From: Deltaproteobacteria bacterium
GTDB taxonomy: Bacteria > Desulfobacterota > Syntrophia > Syntrophales > Smithellaceae
Assembly: GCA_026388535.1 (NCBI GenBank)
Contig: JAPLJP010000093.1
Span: 14,553-78,552, forward strand
Direction of reading: 5' to 3'
Length of the DNA stretch: 64,000 nt
This document shows, one piece after another, positions 28,942-37,022 of this stretch (position 1 is its first letter; every line of letters starts with the position of its first letter). The translations under genes were made by a program, and so were the position numbers. Under the pieces are notes generated by a model, which had not been told where the DNA came from, did no database searches, and saw nothing but the letters and a program-made list of their open reading frames with translations.

Positions 28942-30076
28942 TCGCGGAAGAAATTTCCTGCCAGCAATTATTTTTTGCCGATCGGGAAATTGCTTCGAGC
29001 ATTTCCAGTCCTTCCTTGGCCAGCATGGCGGAAAAGACCCAGGGCGATGTATAACTGCCCGTTTTTTTAAACTCCAGCAAGCTATCCGCCAGATCATAAT
29101 AATGGTTAGCGAAGGCCTCAATAAAACCAGCGGGATGTCCCGATTTAAATCGGTTATAACGCGATTGATCGGCAATCTCCACGCAAGACGCTCGATCAAT
29201 GATTTCCCGTTTTCCACGAATATCATTAAAAATCAATTCTTCGGGTTCGAGTTGAAACCATTCCGCACTGCCCCTATCTCCGTAAACTCTGACGCGTAAA
29301 CCATTCCGATGCCCCAAAGCCATTTTACTGTACCATATCTGACTGCGCATGTTGCCTGTATAACGGGCCAGACAAATAACATTATCCGTCACGTTTTTGA
29401 AAAAACCATAACTTGATTGATCGGCAACTACCTGAAGAGGTTTTTCCCCGCTTAAAAAATATATCATATGATGAAGATGCGCGCCGAGATCAAGAGATAT
29501 AATCGGTATTTCCCCATCCTTTAGTCGCCAGGCTTGAGGTTTGGGCGGCTGTCCCTGTTTATTCAAACGGGCGTAACCTTCCTGCGGCATCTCTATCTGT
29601 ATTAAATTAAGAACGCCCAGCTTTCCATCAATAATCATTTGCCTCAGTTCCCGCAACATGGGATAGCCTGTATAATTGTAAGTAACAGCTAAGAATCCCT
29701 TGTTCGCTTCGACCGCCCGGCAAATCGCTGCGGCTTCTTTGCTTGATGTAGCCATGGTTTTTTCGCAAATCACGGAAAAGCCGTTATTCAATGCTTCTAT
29801 CGTCATTTCCGAATGTGCCGGAGTCGGTGTTAGCAGGCAGACAGCGTCTAATTTATCCTTTTCCTCTCTCAACAAAACACGCCAGTTCTCATAGAGATGT
29901 GATTTATCCAGACCCCATTGAGATGCTGTCTCGCTGTTTATTTTTTTATTGGTGCTGAAACAGCCCGCTTCCAATACCCAACGATGATCCATCTGAGAAG
30001 CAATCCTGTGAGTATTGCCGACAGCGGAATTCAGGCCACCGCCAATAAAGCCTATTCTGAAAGGTGCTTTTTTCAT
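28922..30076 (-). CDS. Gfo/Idh/MocA-family NAD(P)-dependent oxidoreductase
   Basis: The protein is 384 aa. It has an N-terminal Rossmann 'FRIGFIGGGLNSAVGNTH' and 'VICEKTMA' (EKP-like motif). Confidence 0.7.
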   Translation of the reverse strand: MKKAPFRIGFIGGGLNSAVGNTHRIASQMDHRWVLEAGCFSTNKKINSETASQWGLDKSHLYENWRVLLREEKDKLDAVCLLTPTPAHSEMTIEALNNGFSVICEKTMATSSKEAAAICRAVEANKGFLAVTYNYTGYPMLRELRQMIIDGKLGVLNLIQIEMPQEGYARLNKQGQPPKPQAWRLKDGEIPIISLDLGAHLHHMIYFLSGEKPLQVVADQSSYGFFKNVTDNVICLARYTGNMRSQIWYSKMALGHRNGLRVRVYGDRGSAEWFQLEPEELIFNDIRGKREIIDRASCVEIADQSRYNRFKSGHPAGFIEAFANHYYDLADSLLEFKKTGSYTSPWVFSAMLAKEGLEMLEAISRSAKNNCWQEISSANVQKIN

Positions 30077-30178
30077 TTTTGGTTCCTTTTTATGTTGCCG
30101 GTATTTAAAATCATTTAAGAAAGCCAGAAGAAAATTACCTATATTTTCTCTATTTATTTGCCCACGCTATTCAAGGTA

Positions 30179-31366
30179 TTATTCTGTCACGACCCTGATC
30201 AATTTCTGCATGCGCTCCGTTTTTTCCATCATTTCATCCTGTGATTGAAACTTTAGAAAAACGATCCCGAATTTGGCGGTCATGATATCAGAAACTATAT
30301 CGCCTTTTTTCCACCACATAAATTTATCAATAATTTGTTTTTCAATGCTGTTATCAAATATAATATCCCTGACCTTGCCCGCGGTGGTGCACATAACGCA
30401 GTGGCGGGCAAAAAATCCTCTGGGTTCAGCTTGAGTCAATCCGGAACAATCCAGCCCCGCGGAAGATCTGACTATCCATGACGAATAATCCACACCAGTG
30501 GCGTGCTCAACCAGCCTGATGTAGAGATCTCCCGGCGCACGGCGGCAGATTTCAATAATAACCGGCTCTTCACCATTTAAAATATATTGAATATGAAAAA
30601 TGCCCGTCTTTAAAGACAGTAGTGAGGAAATTTTCTCTGATTCGGCGCAAAGCTTTTTCTCCACTGCGGGGGAAACAATACCGGGCGTGGAAGCCGCCGA
30701 AACCATATAAGGGTTCAAAAAATAATGTTCATTGTCGGAGAAGAAAAACACGACTCGTCCATTGACCAAAAACACTGAAAAACCATGCCGGCTGCCGGTA
30801 ATAAATTCCTCAACAACAACCCTCTTCATCCGTGAAATCGCGAAGGCCTTTTCAATTGCCGCCTCGGCCTCATCCATTTGGTTGATTGTGGACATGCCCT
30901 TTCCTCCGGTCAGGTCCACCGGTTTTACAATAACAGGAAATTTAAGAGATACCATCTCTTTTAGAGCTTCCATCTTGCAGGTAAAACCAAACGCCTTAGG
31001 CGTTGCGATACCATACGAAAGCGCGAACTGCCGGTATTGGTCTTTGTAATGGATGATCTGCGCGATCCTGTATGAATCATGACCGGGCAGACCCAGTTTT
31101 TCCGCGGCGTAAGCGGCTGACAGAGCGGAGAAATCATTACAGCAGGCGCAGATAGCGGAAACTTTTAAACTTTTTGCGAGATTAAGAATTGCATCGGGAT
31201 CAGAAAAGTCAGCCATCTTGTATTCATCGGAATACTTATGTCCCAGTTCGTCAGGTTTATTGCCGCTTGTAATAACATAATACCCCAGTTTTTTTGCCGA
31301 AAGAATAAGCGGGATATCGGCATAGCCGCCACCGGCAACAAGAAGTTTCTTTTTATTACTTTCCAT
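30179..31366 (-). CDS. ATP-grasp domain protein
   Basis: The protein is 395 aa. It has 'KLLVAGGGYADIPLILSAKKLGYYVI', 'FPVIVKPVDLTGGKGM' and 'VVEEFITG', which is ATP-grasp topology. Confidence 0.65.
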   Translation of the reverse strand: MESNKKKLLVAGGGYADIPLILSAKKLGYYVITSGNKPDELGHKYSDEYKMADFSDPDAILNLAKSLKVSAICACCNDFSALSAAYAAEKLGLPGHDSYRIAQIIHYKDQYRQFALSYGIATPKAFGFTCKMEALKEMVSLKFPVIVKPVDLTGGKGMSTINQMDEAEAAIEKAFAISRMKRVVVEEFITGSRHGFSVFLVNGRVVFFFSDNEHYFLNPYMVSAASTPGIVSPAVEKKLCAESEKISSLLSLKTGIFHIQYILNGEEPVIIEICRRAPGDLYIRLVEHATGVDYSSWIVRSSAGLDCSGLTQAEPRGFFARHCVMCTTAGKVRDIIFDNSIEKQIIDKFMWWKKGDIVSDIMTAKFGIVFLKFQSQDEMMEKTERMQKLIRVVTE

Positions 31367-31399
31367 TAATAATCCGTAAAACAGCGCCGCTATATAATT

Positions 31400-32353
31400 T
31401 TATAAGGAATCGTCTTTAACAAAAACCGGTGTCCGGTCGTCAACAACATAGAGCGGTCGTCCCTTTACCTGATTAAAAACCCGGCCTATGTAAATGCCCA
31501 GAATGCCCATTCCGAAAAGAAGAACGCCGGATAAGAAGAATAATGAAACCATCACGCTGGTCCAACCGGCGGGCGTATAGTTAAATAAAAAATAGCGTAT
31601 AAAGATCCACGCTCCATAGCAAAAAGCCGCAAACGCCATGAAGAACCCGAACTGTACACACATCTTCAAAGGCTTGTTGGAGTATGAAACAATAATATCC
31701 ATCGCCAGCGACAATTTACGTCTGAGAGTGTAAGCTGATTTGCCTTCATCGCGCCTGCCATGCTCAATGTCAATTGGCGTTACATCAAACCCCGCCCATC
31801 TAACCAGATGAAGAAAAACGCGCGGCTGTTCAGATAACTCTTTGACTATATCAACAACCTTACGAGAATAGATTCCAAAATTTGACTGTGCAGGATCGCT
31901 ACTTTCGTCAGTCATATATTTGAAGACGCTGTGAAAGACACGCGAAAACAAACGTTTAAAAAATCCATCCTGTCTTTCAACCCTGCGGCCGATAACAACA
32001 TCATGTCTCTTTTGTGCTTCTGCCCAAAGGCGGGGAATTTCCTCCGGACGATCCTGCAGATCGCAATCCATTATCACCAGCCAGCGTCCGCGTGCTAAAT
32101 CTATGCCCGCCATAATAGCGCTGTGCTGGCCGAAGTTTCGGGAGAGTTTGAGGCCGATAACCCTGGGATCGCTTCGCGCCATCCTGCTGATTATTTCCCA
32201 GGGATTTCCCGGGCCGCGATCATCAACAAAGATAAGCTCAAAGCTGGCCGGAATCGGGGCAACAGCGGAGGCAACCCTTTCATAGAGAGGAACCAGCGTG
32301 CTGTCGCTTCCATACACCGGTACAACAATAGAAATATCAGGAACATCAACCAT
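31400..32353 (-). CDS. Polyprenyl-phosphate glycosyltransferase, GT2 (ArnC/GtrB/DPM1-like) with two C-terminal TM helices
   Basis: The motifs are 'ISIVVPVYG', 'ELIFVDDRGPG', 'LSRNFGQHSAIMAGIDLARGRWLVIMDCDLQDRPEEIP' and C-terminal TM helices. This is the ArnC/GtrB-type signature. Confidence 0.8.
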   Translation of the reverse strand: MVDVPDISIVVPVYGSDSTLVPLYERVASAVAPIPASFELIFVDDRGPGNPWEIISRMARSDPRVIGLKLSRNFGQHSAIMAGIDLARGRWLVIMDCDLQDRPEEIPRLWAEAQKRHDVVIGRRVERQDGFFKRLFSRVFHSVFKYMTDESSDPAQSNFGIYSRKVVDIVKELSEQPRVFLHLVRWAGFDVTPIDIEHGRRDEGKSAYTLRRKLSLAMDIIVSYSNKPLKMCVQFGFFMAFAAFCYGAWIFIRYFLFNYTPAGWTSVMVSLFFLSGVLLFGMGILGIYIGRVFNQVKGRPLYVVDDRTPVFVKDDSL

Positions 32354-32875
32354 AAAAACCGCCTTTGCTAAGGTTTACTAAGAAAACGTAATCTATGGCT
32401 CTTTTAAATCTTGCGATGAGAAACCTTCGCACAACCGGCCATCAATTTCAACCCTTTTATCCCCTTCACTAACGGCTATAAACTGCGGCTATTGAAAACC
32501 AGCATCCTTTTTACAGCTCCGCCCCCTCAGTTACGAAAAAGCGGCTGACCGGCGTAAGTAATAAATTAATATCATTGAACAAAAATCGATAGATATCTTT
32601 GCATAACTGGTCATTGATTTCAACAATTTTTCTGTTATTATCAGACAAGAATTCATTAAATACTGGGTAAAGACGGGGTAAAATTAGTGGAGCTCCCTTC
32701 GGCAGGCGCCGCAGGTACATTATAATAATGAGATCCAAGCTTCAGAAACAAAGTGCCCTGAAGCTTGCAGGTCGAATCAATGACATTCGCCGAAAATGAG
32801 TTAAACGAAATTTGAAGCGTAAATGGAATTGATCCCAGGATCAAAGCGACGCGGAGTTATCCCGCAAAGCAGAGG

Positions 32876-32948
32876 ATAACGCGACCTCCCGCGGTTTGTA
32901 ATGCATTCCTCAACCGGCTGGAGCAGGGTGATTCCAAAACGCGGGATT
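32876..32948 (+). repeat. Repeat family 2, copy E1
   Basis: The sequence is ATAACGCGACCTCCCGCG...CATTCCTC..CCGGCT.G..CAGG.GATTCCAAaaCGCGGGATT. The same ends and core occur at 44518-44613. A closing stem CCCGCG/CGCGGG is possible. The element supplies the spurious N-terminal extension of track ORF 32901. Confidence 0.6.
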
Positions 32949-33008
32949 GATTTTAGATTGCATTGTTTTACAGGAATGTTATTAAGGAAATATATCAGAG
33001 GATTTTGT

Positions 33009-35072
33009 ATGAACATGTTGAGAATATGGAAAATATTTTTTCTTGCGGTCGCGTTTCTTTTCATATTAACCGGATGCGCTTTCTTCAATGATAATGTTAA
33101 AATTGAAATCAGCAGACAAACGCCTCAGCAGGAGATAGCAAATACCACCCTGATGGCCGGCGCGGCAAAAGCCGATATTACCCCGCCTCCAGGAATGCCT
33201 ATGGGCGGATATTCCATTTGGGCGAATTACGGCAAGGGTTTCCGAACCAGACTCTACACCCGCGTTTTGTATTTAAAGCCAGCGTCAGGCCGGGCTGTCG
33301 CCCTCGTTCAATGCGATCTGCTGACAGGATCTTTACTGCTCAATCACCGTGTGGCGGAGCTTATTGCCGGAGAAACTGATATCGGAATAGACGGATTACT
33401 GATCGCGGGAACCCACACTCATTCAGCGCCGGGCAATTATTTTGAAAATAATTTTTATAACGACAATGCTTCCAACGCGGCCGGCTTTGACCCCGAATAT
33501 TTTAATTATCTGTCAAGACAAATCGCCAACGCGGTTGTTCGCGCCTTTAAAGAAAAGAGGTCGGCAAAAATTGCCACGGGAAAAACACAGATATGGGAAA
33601 TGACCCGCAATCGCAGTATCGAATCCTATTATGCGAATAAAAATGTATCAGCGAAAACCCCACCTGATATTTATAATTCCATCAATCCCGATATGTATAT
33701 GATTCGCGTGGATTCGCTGGATAATGACGGGCAATATCATCCGCTGGCGGCAATTTCCAGCTTTTCCATCCATGGAACGGCGGTTCCGGCAAAAAATAAT
33801 TTCTACAATGGCGATGTCTTCGCCTACATTGAACGAGAAGTAGAGTACGACATAAAGAACGGTTATAAAACATCATGGGAGCCAATCCATGCCGCTTTCA
33901 ACGGTACCCACGCTGACAGTTCTCCAAACTATCGTAAAGACATGCAGGGGTTCATTGAGGCGCGCCGGATAGGAACATCCATCGGGCAAAAGGCGTTTGA
34001 ACTTTTCCGTTCTCTGGATGGAAAACTTAAAAATGATGCTACCATTCGTTTTCTGGCCAGAGAGACAGATGTTTTTTCCGAACCTTGCGTTGATGAAACG
34101 TGTCTTTGCGATAGGCCTGTCGTGGGTTGCGCGCTTGCCGCAGGAGCGGATGACGGCCCTTCTCCAGTAATCAGCAAACTCCCTTGGTTGAGGCAGGGCT
34201 CTCCGCGATGGTTTTTTACAAATTCCTGCCAAGGGCACAAGCGTAACCTGGCCGGGCCCTTGCAGAACATTTTCCTTCCGAAGAATGATTTTCCCCATCA
34301 ACTGCTTCTGCAAATGATTCAGATTAACGATGTCCTTCTTCTGCCTCTTCCTTTTGAGACAACAAAAGAAGCGGGAGTCAGAATAGCGGAGCAATGCCGG
34401 GACAAACTTTTATCAGAAAAATTACAATCTTTTGTCGTTATAAGCTGCGCTAACGGATACTACGGCTATGTTACAACGCCGGAAGAATACAGCATCCAGC
34501 GTTACGAGGGCGGGCATACGCTGTATGGTCCGCAAACTCAGCCTTTTCTGGCAAAACAATTAAGCAAAATGGCGCTGGAAATGGGACAGGGAAAAAGCGA
34601 AAACAATTTCCCCGAAAAATGGTCTTATAATTTGCGGGCGAAAAGATTTTTCGCAAGTGAAGTTACTGGGCGGACGGAAAGAAAAACGAATACCCATCCT
34701 GTATTTATTGCCGCGAAAATTAATGATGAACCATACTGGTCATTTGTCTGGGAGGATTTGCCGCCGCATCTCCTTTCATGGGAAAAGACACTGGTGAGAA
34801 TCGAAAAAAGTGACGATGGAGTTAAATGGGAACAACTTCGGTTAAACCGACAACCTCTGGATGATAGCGGATATGATATTGCCATACTTTGCAATGATGT
34901 AATCAATCAGGGGAAAACGGGAATCTATGAAACAAGGTGGTATAACCCGCCAGTCGGGGAGAAGAAAGATTCTTACCGTTTTGTGATCCTGCCGCAGGCA
35001 GGACAGGATTTGCTTTATTCAGCATCCTTTCATCAGGAAGACGCAATGAAGCAGGAGAAAAATTATGAATAA
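33009..35072 (+). CDS. Neutral/alkaline ceramidase-like lipoprotein
   Basis: The start is at ATG 33009. It has a lipoprotein signal 'MNMLRIWKIFFLAVAFLFILTGC', then 'AGAAKADITPPPGMPMGGYS' and 'AGTHTHSAPG', as in neutral ceramidase N-terminal domains. Confidence 0.65.
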   Translation: MNMLRIWKIFFLAVAFLFILTGCAFFNDNVKIEISRQTPQQEIANTTLMAGAAKADITPPPGMPMGGYSIWANYGKGFRTRLYTRVLYLKPASGRAVALVQCDLLTGSLLLNHRVAELIAGETDIGIDGLLIAGTHTHSAPGNYFENNFYNDNASNAAGFDPEYFNYLSRQIANAVVRAFKEKRSAKIATGKTQIWEMTRNRSIESYYANKNVSAKTPPDIYNSINPDMYMIRVDSLDNDGQYHPLAAISSFSIHGTAVPAKNNFYNGDVFAYIEREVEYDIKNGYKTSWEPIHAAFNGTHADSSPNYRKDMQGFIEARRIGTSIGQKAFELFRSLDGKLKNDATIRFLARETDVFSEPCVDETCLCDRPVVGCALAAGADDGPSPVISKLPWLRQGSPRWFFTNSCQGHKRNLAGPLQNIFLPKNDFPHQLLLQMIQINDVLLLPLPFETTKEAGVRIAEQCRDKLLSEKLQSFVVISCANGYYGYVTTPEEYSIQRYEGGHTLYGPQTQPFLAKQLSKMALEMGQGKSENNFPEKWSYNLRAKRFFASEVTGRTERKTNTHPVFIAAKINDEPYWSFVWEDLPPHLLSWEKTLVRIEKSDDGVKWEQLRLNRQPLDDSGYDIAILCNDVINQGKTGIYETRWYNPPVGEKKDSYRFVILPQAGQDLLYSASFHQEDAMKQEKNYE

Positions 35073-36414
35073 ACTCTTCGGCACCGATGGAATTCGGGGA
35101 ATCGCCAACGAATACCCTATGACAACGGAAATTACCTCGAATGTGGGACGGGCCATAGCCTATCTTTCCAAAAAAGAAGGGCATAAACCGCGTATTCTTA
35201 TCGGTCGGGACACAAGAATTTCCGGCGATATGTTTGAGAGCGCGATTATCTCCGGGATTTGCTCTATGGGCGTCAACGCCATTTCCGTGGGCGTAATTCC
35301 CACGCCGGGCATCGCTTTTTTAACTCATAATATGCGCGCCGACGCGGGCATTGTTATCTCCGCCTCTCACAATCCCACTCAGGATAACGGCATAAAAATT
35401 TTTAACGGCAATGGCTTTAAACTCTCCGATGAAAAGGAAAATCAAATCGAAGAATTGATCTTTGCGAAAAATATGCAAAAGCTTCACCCTGTTCCCAAAG
35501 AACTGGGCAAATTATCACGACTGGATGATGCCCCCGGACGTTATGTGGATTTTCTAAAATCAACTTTTCCCCAGAATATCAATCCGGAAGGAATAAAAAT
35601 AGTCCTGGATTGCAGTAATGGCGCAACCTTCCGTGTAGCCCCTGAAGTTTTTGCGGAACTGGGTGTCGAAGTTACAACGTTATTCGACAAACCAGATGGT
35701 AATAATATTAATCTCAATTGCGGATCGCAACATACCGAAGCGCTGGCCGCGGAAGTATTACGGCAGAGGGCCGATGCCGGTTTTGCTTTTGACGGCGACG
35801 GCGACCGGGTAATTGCCATTGATGATAAGGGCAATATTCTTACCGGAGACAGGATGCTGGCCATCTGTTCTGTTATTTTGAAAAAAGAAGGCAAATTAAA
35901 AAACAACCTGGTTGTCCGTACGGTGATGAGTAATATGGGATTGACAGTAGCTTTTCAGAAACAGGGCATTGATTCCGTTTTTGCTAACGTTGGCGATCGC
36001 TTCGTTCTGGAAGAAATGCTCTCCAGAGGCGCCATCATAGGCGGAGAAGATTCCGGCCATTTGATTTTTCTGCAACACCACACCACGGGCGATGGTTTGA
36101 TTACGGCCCTGCAAGTACTGGCCGCCATGAAAAAAGAAGAGCGGCCGCTGTCGGAACTGGCGCGAGTGATGAAGGTTTTTCCGCAAATGCTCATCAATAT
36201 TGACGTTAAAAGAAAACCGGAAATAGAAACTGTGCCCGCAATAATGGCCGCCATCAAAAAGGCTGAAGAAGCACTGGGCGATAAAGGACGCGTGCTGGTG
36301 CGCTACTCCGGCACCCAGAACATGTGCCGTGTCATGGTTGAAGGCCCCACCAAAAAAGAAACAGAAACCCACTGCCACCAGATTGCCGATGTGGTAAAAA
36401 AAATACTGGCTTAG
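35065..36414 (+). CDS. glmM: Phosphoglucosamine mutase
   Basis: 'MNKLFGTDGIRGIANEYPMT', the active-site motif 'ISASHNP', 'DGDGDR' and 'GGEDSGH'. It overlaps the upstream stop by 8 nt. Confidence 0.9.
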   Translation: MNKLFGTDGIRGIANEYPMTTEITSNVGRAIAYLSKKEGHKPRILIGRDTRISGDMFESAIISGICSMGVNAISVGVIPTPGIAFLTHNMRADAGIVISASHNPTQDNGIKIFNGNGFKLSDEKENQIEELIFAKNMQKLHPVPKELGKLSRLDDAPGRYVDFLKSTFPQNINPEGIKIVLDCSNGATFRVAPEVFAELGVEVTTLFDKPDGNNINLNCGSQHTEALAAEVLRQRADAGFAFDGDGDRVIAIDDKGNILTGDRMLAICSVILKKEGKLKNNLVVRTVMSNMGLTVAFQKQGIDSVFANVGDRFVLEEMLSRGAIIGGEDSGHLIFLQHHTTGDGLITALQVLAAMKKEERPLSELARVMKVFPQMLINIDVKRKPEIETVPAIMAAIKKAEEALGDKGRVLVRYSGTQNMCRVMVEGPTKKETETHCHQIADVVKKILA

Positions 36415-36436
36415 ATTGGAACAGGCTATCTTATTT

Positions 36437-36460
36437 GTCATTCCCGCGAAGGCGGGAATC
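36437..36460. repeat. Short GC-stem hairpin repeat (GTCATTCCCGCGAAGGCGGGAATC type)
   Basis: The stem is ATTCCCGC/GCGGGAAT with loop GAAG. An inverted relative lies at 36987-37014 (GGATTCCCCGGTCAAGCCGGGGAATGAC). An AT-variant lies at 55841-55867 (GTCATTTCGAGCGAAAGCGAGAAATCC). Confidence 0.7.
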
Positions 36461-36526
36461 CAGAAAACAAAGGTCTGTGTTTCCCGATTTATATAGATTG
36501 TATAATCATTATTAGGTGTCACACAC

Positions 36527-36670
36527 ATGTCTAGCCCAGAGCAAGAGTTTGAGAGTGAGCTTGAGGTATTTCGGTGTGAGGCCGAATCGGCAGTTTAGTT
36601 TTTCTATGCCTGGCATGCAATAAGCAACTATGCCCGAAACGTTGTGGCTCTTGGCGAACCACGGGTATGA
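36527..36670 (+). pseudogene. Possible gene remnant with an in-frame TAG, running into repeat copy B
   Basis: From ATG 36527 the reading is MSSPEQEFESELEVFRCEAESAV(TAG)FFYAWHAISNYARNVVALGEPRV(TGA 36668-36670). The acidic, helical composition looks protein-like. The reading frame ends inside the repeat at 36663. Confidence 0.2.
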
Positions 36671-36763
36671 AACCAAAACTATGCTTCATACCCTCCGTTT
36701 TACGGGATTGTTCAACTTGCCAATTCCGCCGCACTGCGCTTGCGCAATTGGAGTTTCACAAAT
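36663..36763 (+). repeat. Structured repeat family 1, copy B
   Basis: The sequence is GGGTATGAA-13 nt-TTCATACCCTCCGTtttACGGGATTGTTCAACTTGCCAATT-loop-AATTGGAGTTTCACAAAT. Confidence 0.7.
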
Positions 36764-36917
36764 GGAGCATCAGACAGCCGGACTGTTTGAACCCGAAGGG
36801 TGAGTTTCCGGCTGTCGCGCAATGAGCCTTAGAGCCACAGTTGCAGGGGATGGAGCGTTTGGATGCCCCTTCAAATCTCACATTTAAGTTTAAAATTGGA
36901 ATTATGGAAAAGAGTTT

Positions 36918-36973
36918 CACCCTCCCTCAATCCCTCTACCATAAAGGGCACCGTGGCCCTCGAGGGAGGGAAG
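36918..36973. repeat. Long palindromic element (CCCTCCCTC ... GAGGGAGGG)
   Basis: CACCCTCCCTCaatccctctaccataaagggcaccgtggccctcGAGGGAGGGaag has 9-bp perfect outer arms. It is preceded by another GAGTTTCAC motif. Confidence 0.6.
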
Positions 36974-37022
36974 AAGCATGAGAACTGGATTCCCCGGTCA
37001 AGCCGGGGAATGACAATAAGAA

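Noticed and set aside
32511-32738. 75-aa and neighbouring 62- and 95-aa minus-strand ORFs in the 655-bp spacer between the GT2 gene and the ceramidase-like gene.
   Set aside because: They have no motifs or RBS. They overlap each other and overlap repeat or hairpin sequence, for example the perfect 10-bp stem CAAGCTTCAG/CTGAAGCTTG at 32736-32767. The region is more likely regulatory or non-coding.
32876-32948. Possible riboswitch upstream of the ceramidase-like gene. The GATTCC and AACCGGCT stretches loosely recalled the fluoride (crcB) motif.
   Set aside because: The required P1 hairpin and pseudoknot elements could not be placed. The downstream gene is not a known riboswitch target. A second copy sits antisense inside the liv operon, so I treat the element as a repeat.
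36527-36670. In-frame TAG in the small ORF as a recoding event (pyrrolysine or readthrough).
   Set aside because: The window has no pyl genes. The ORF is short, truncated by a repeat, and lacks any recognisable domain. A decayed remnant is the simpler explanation.
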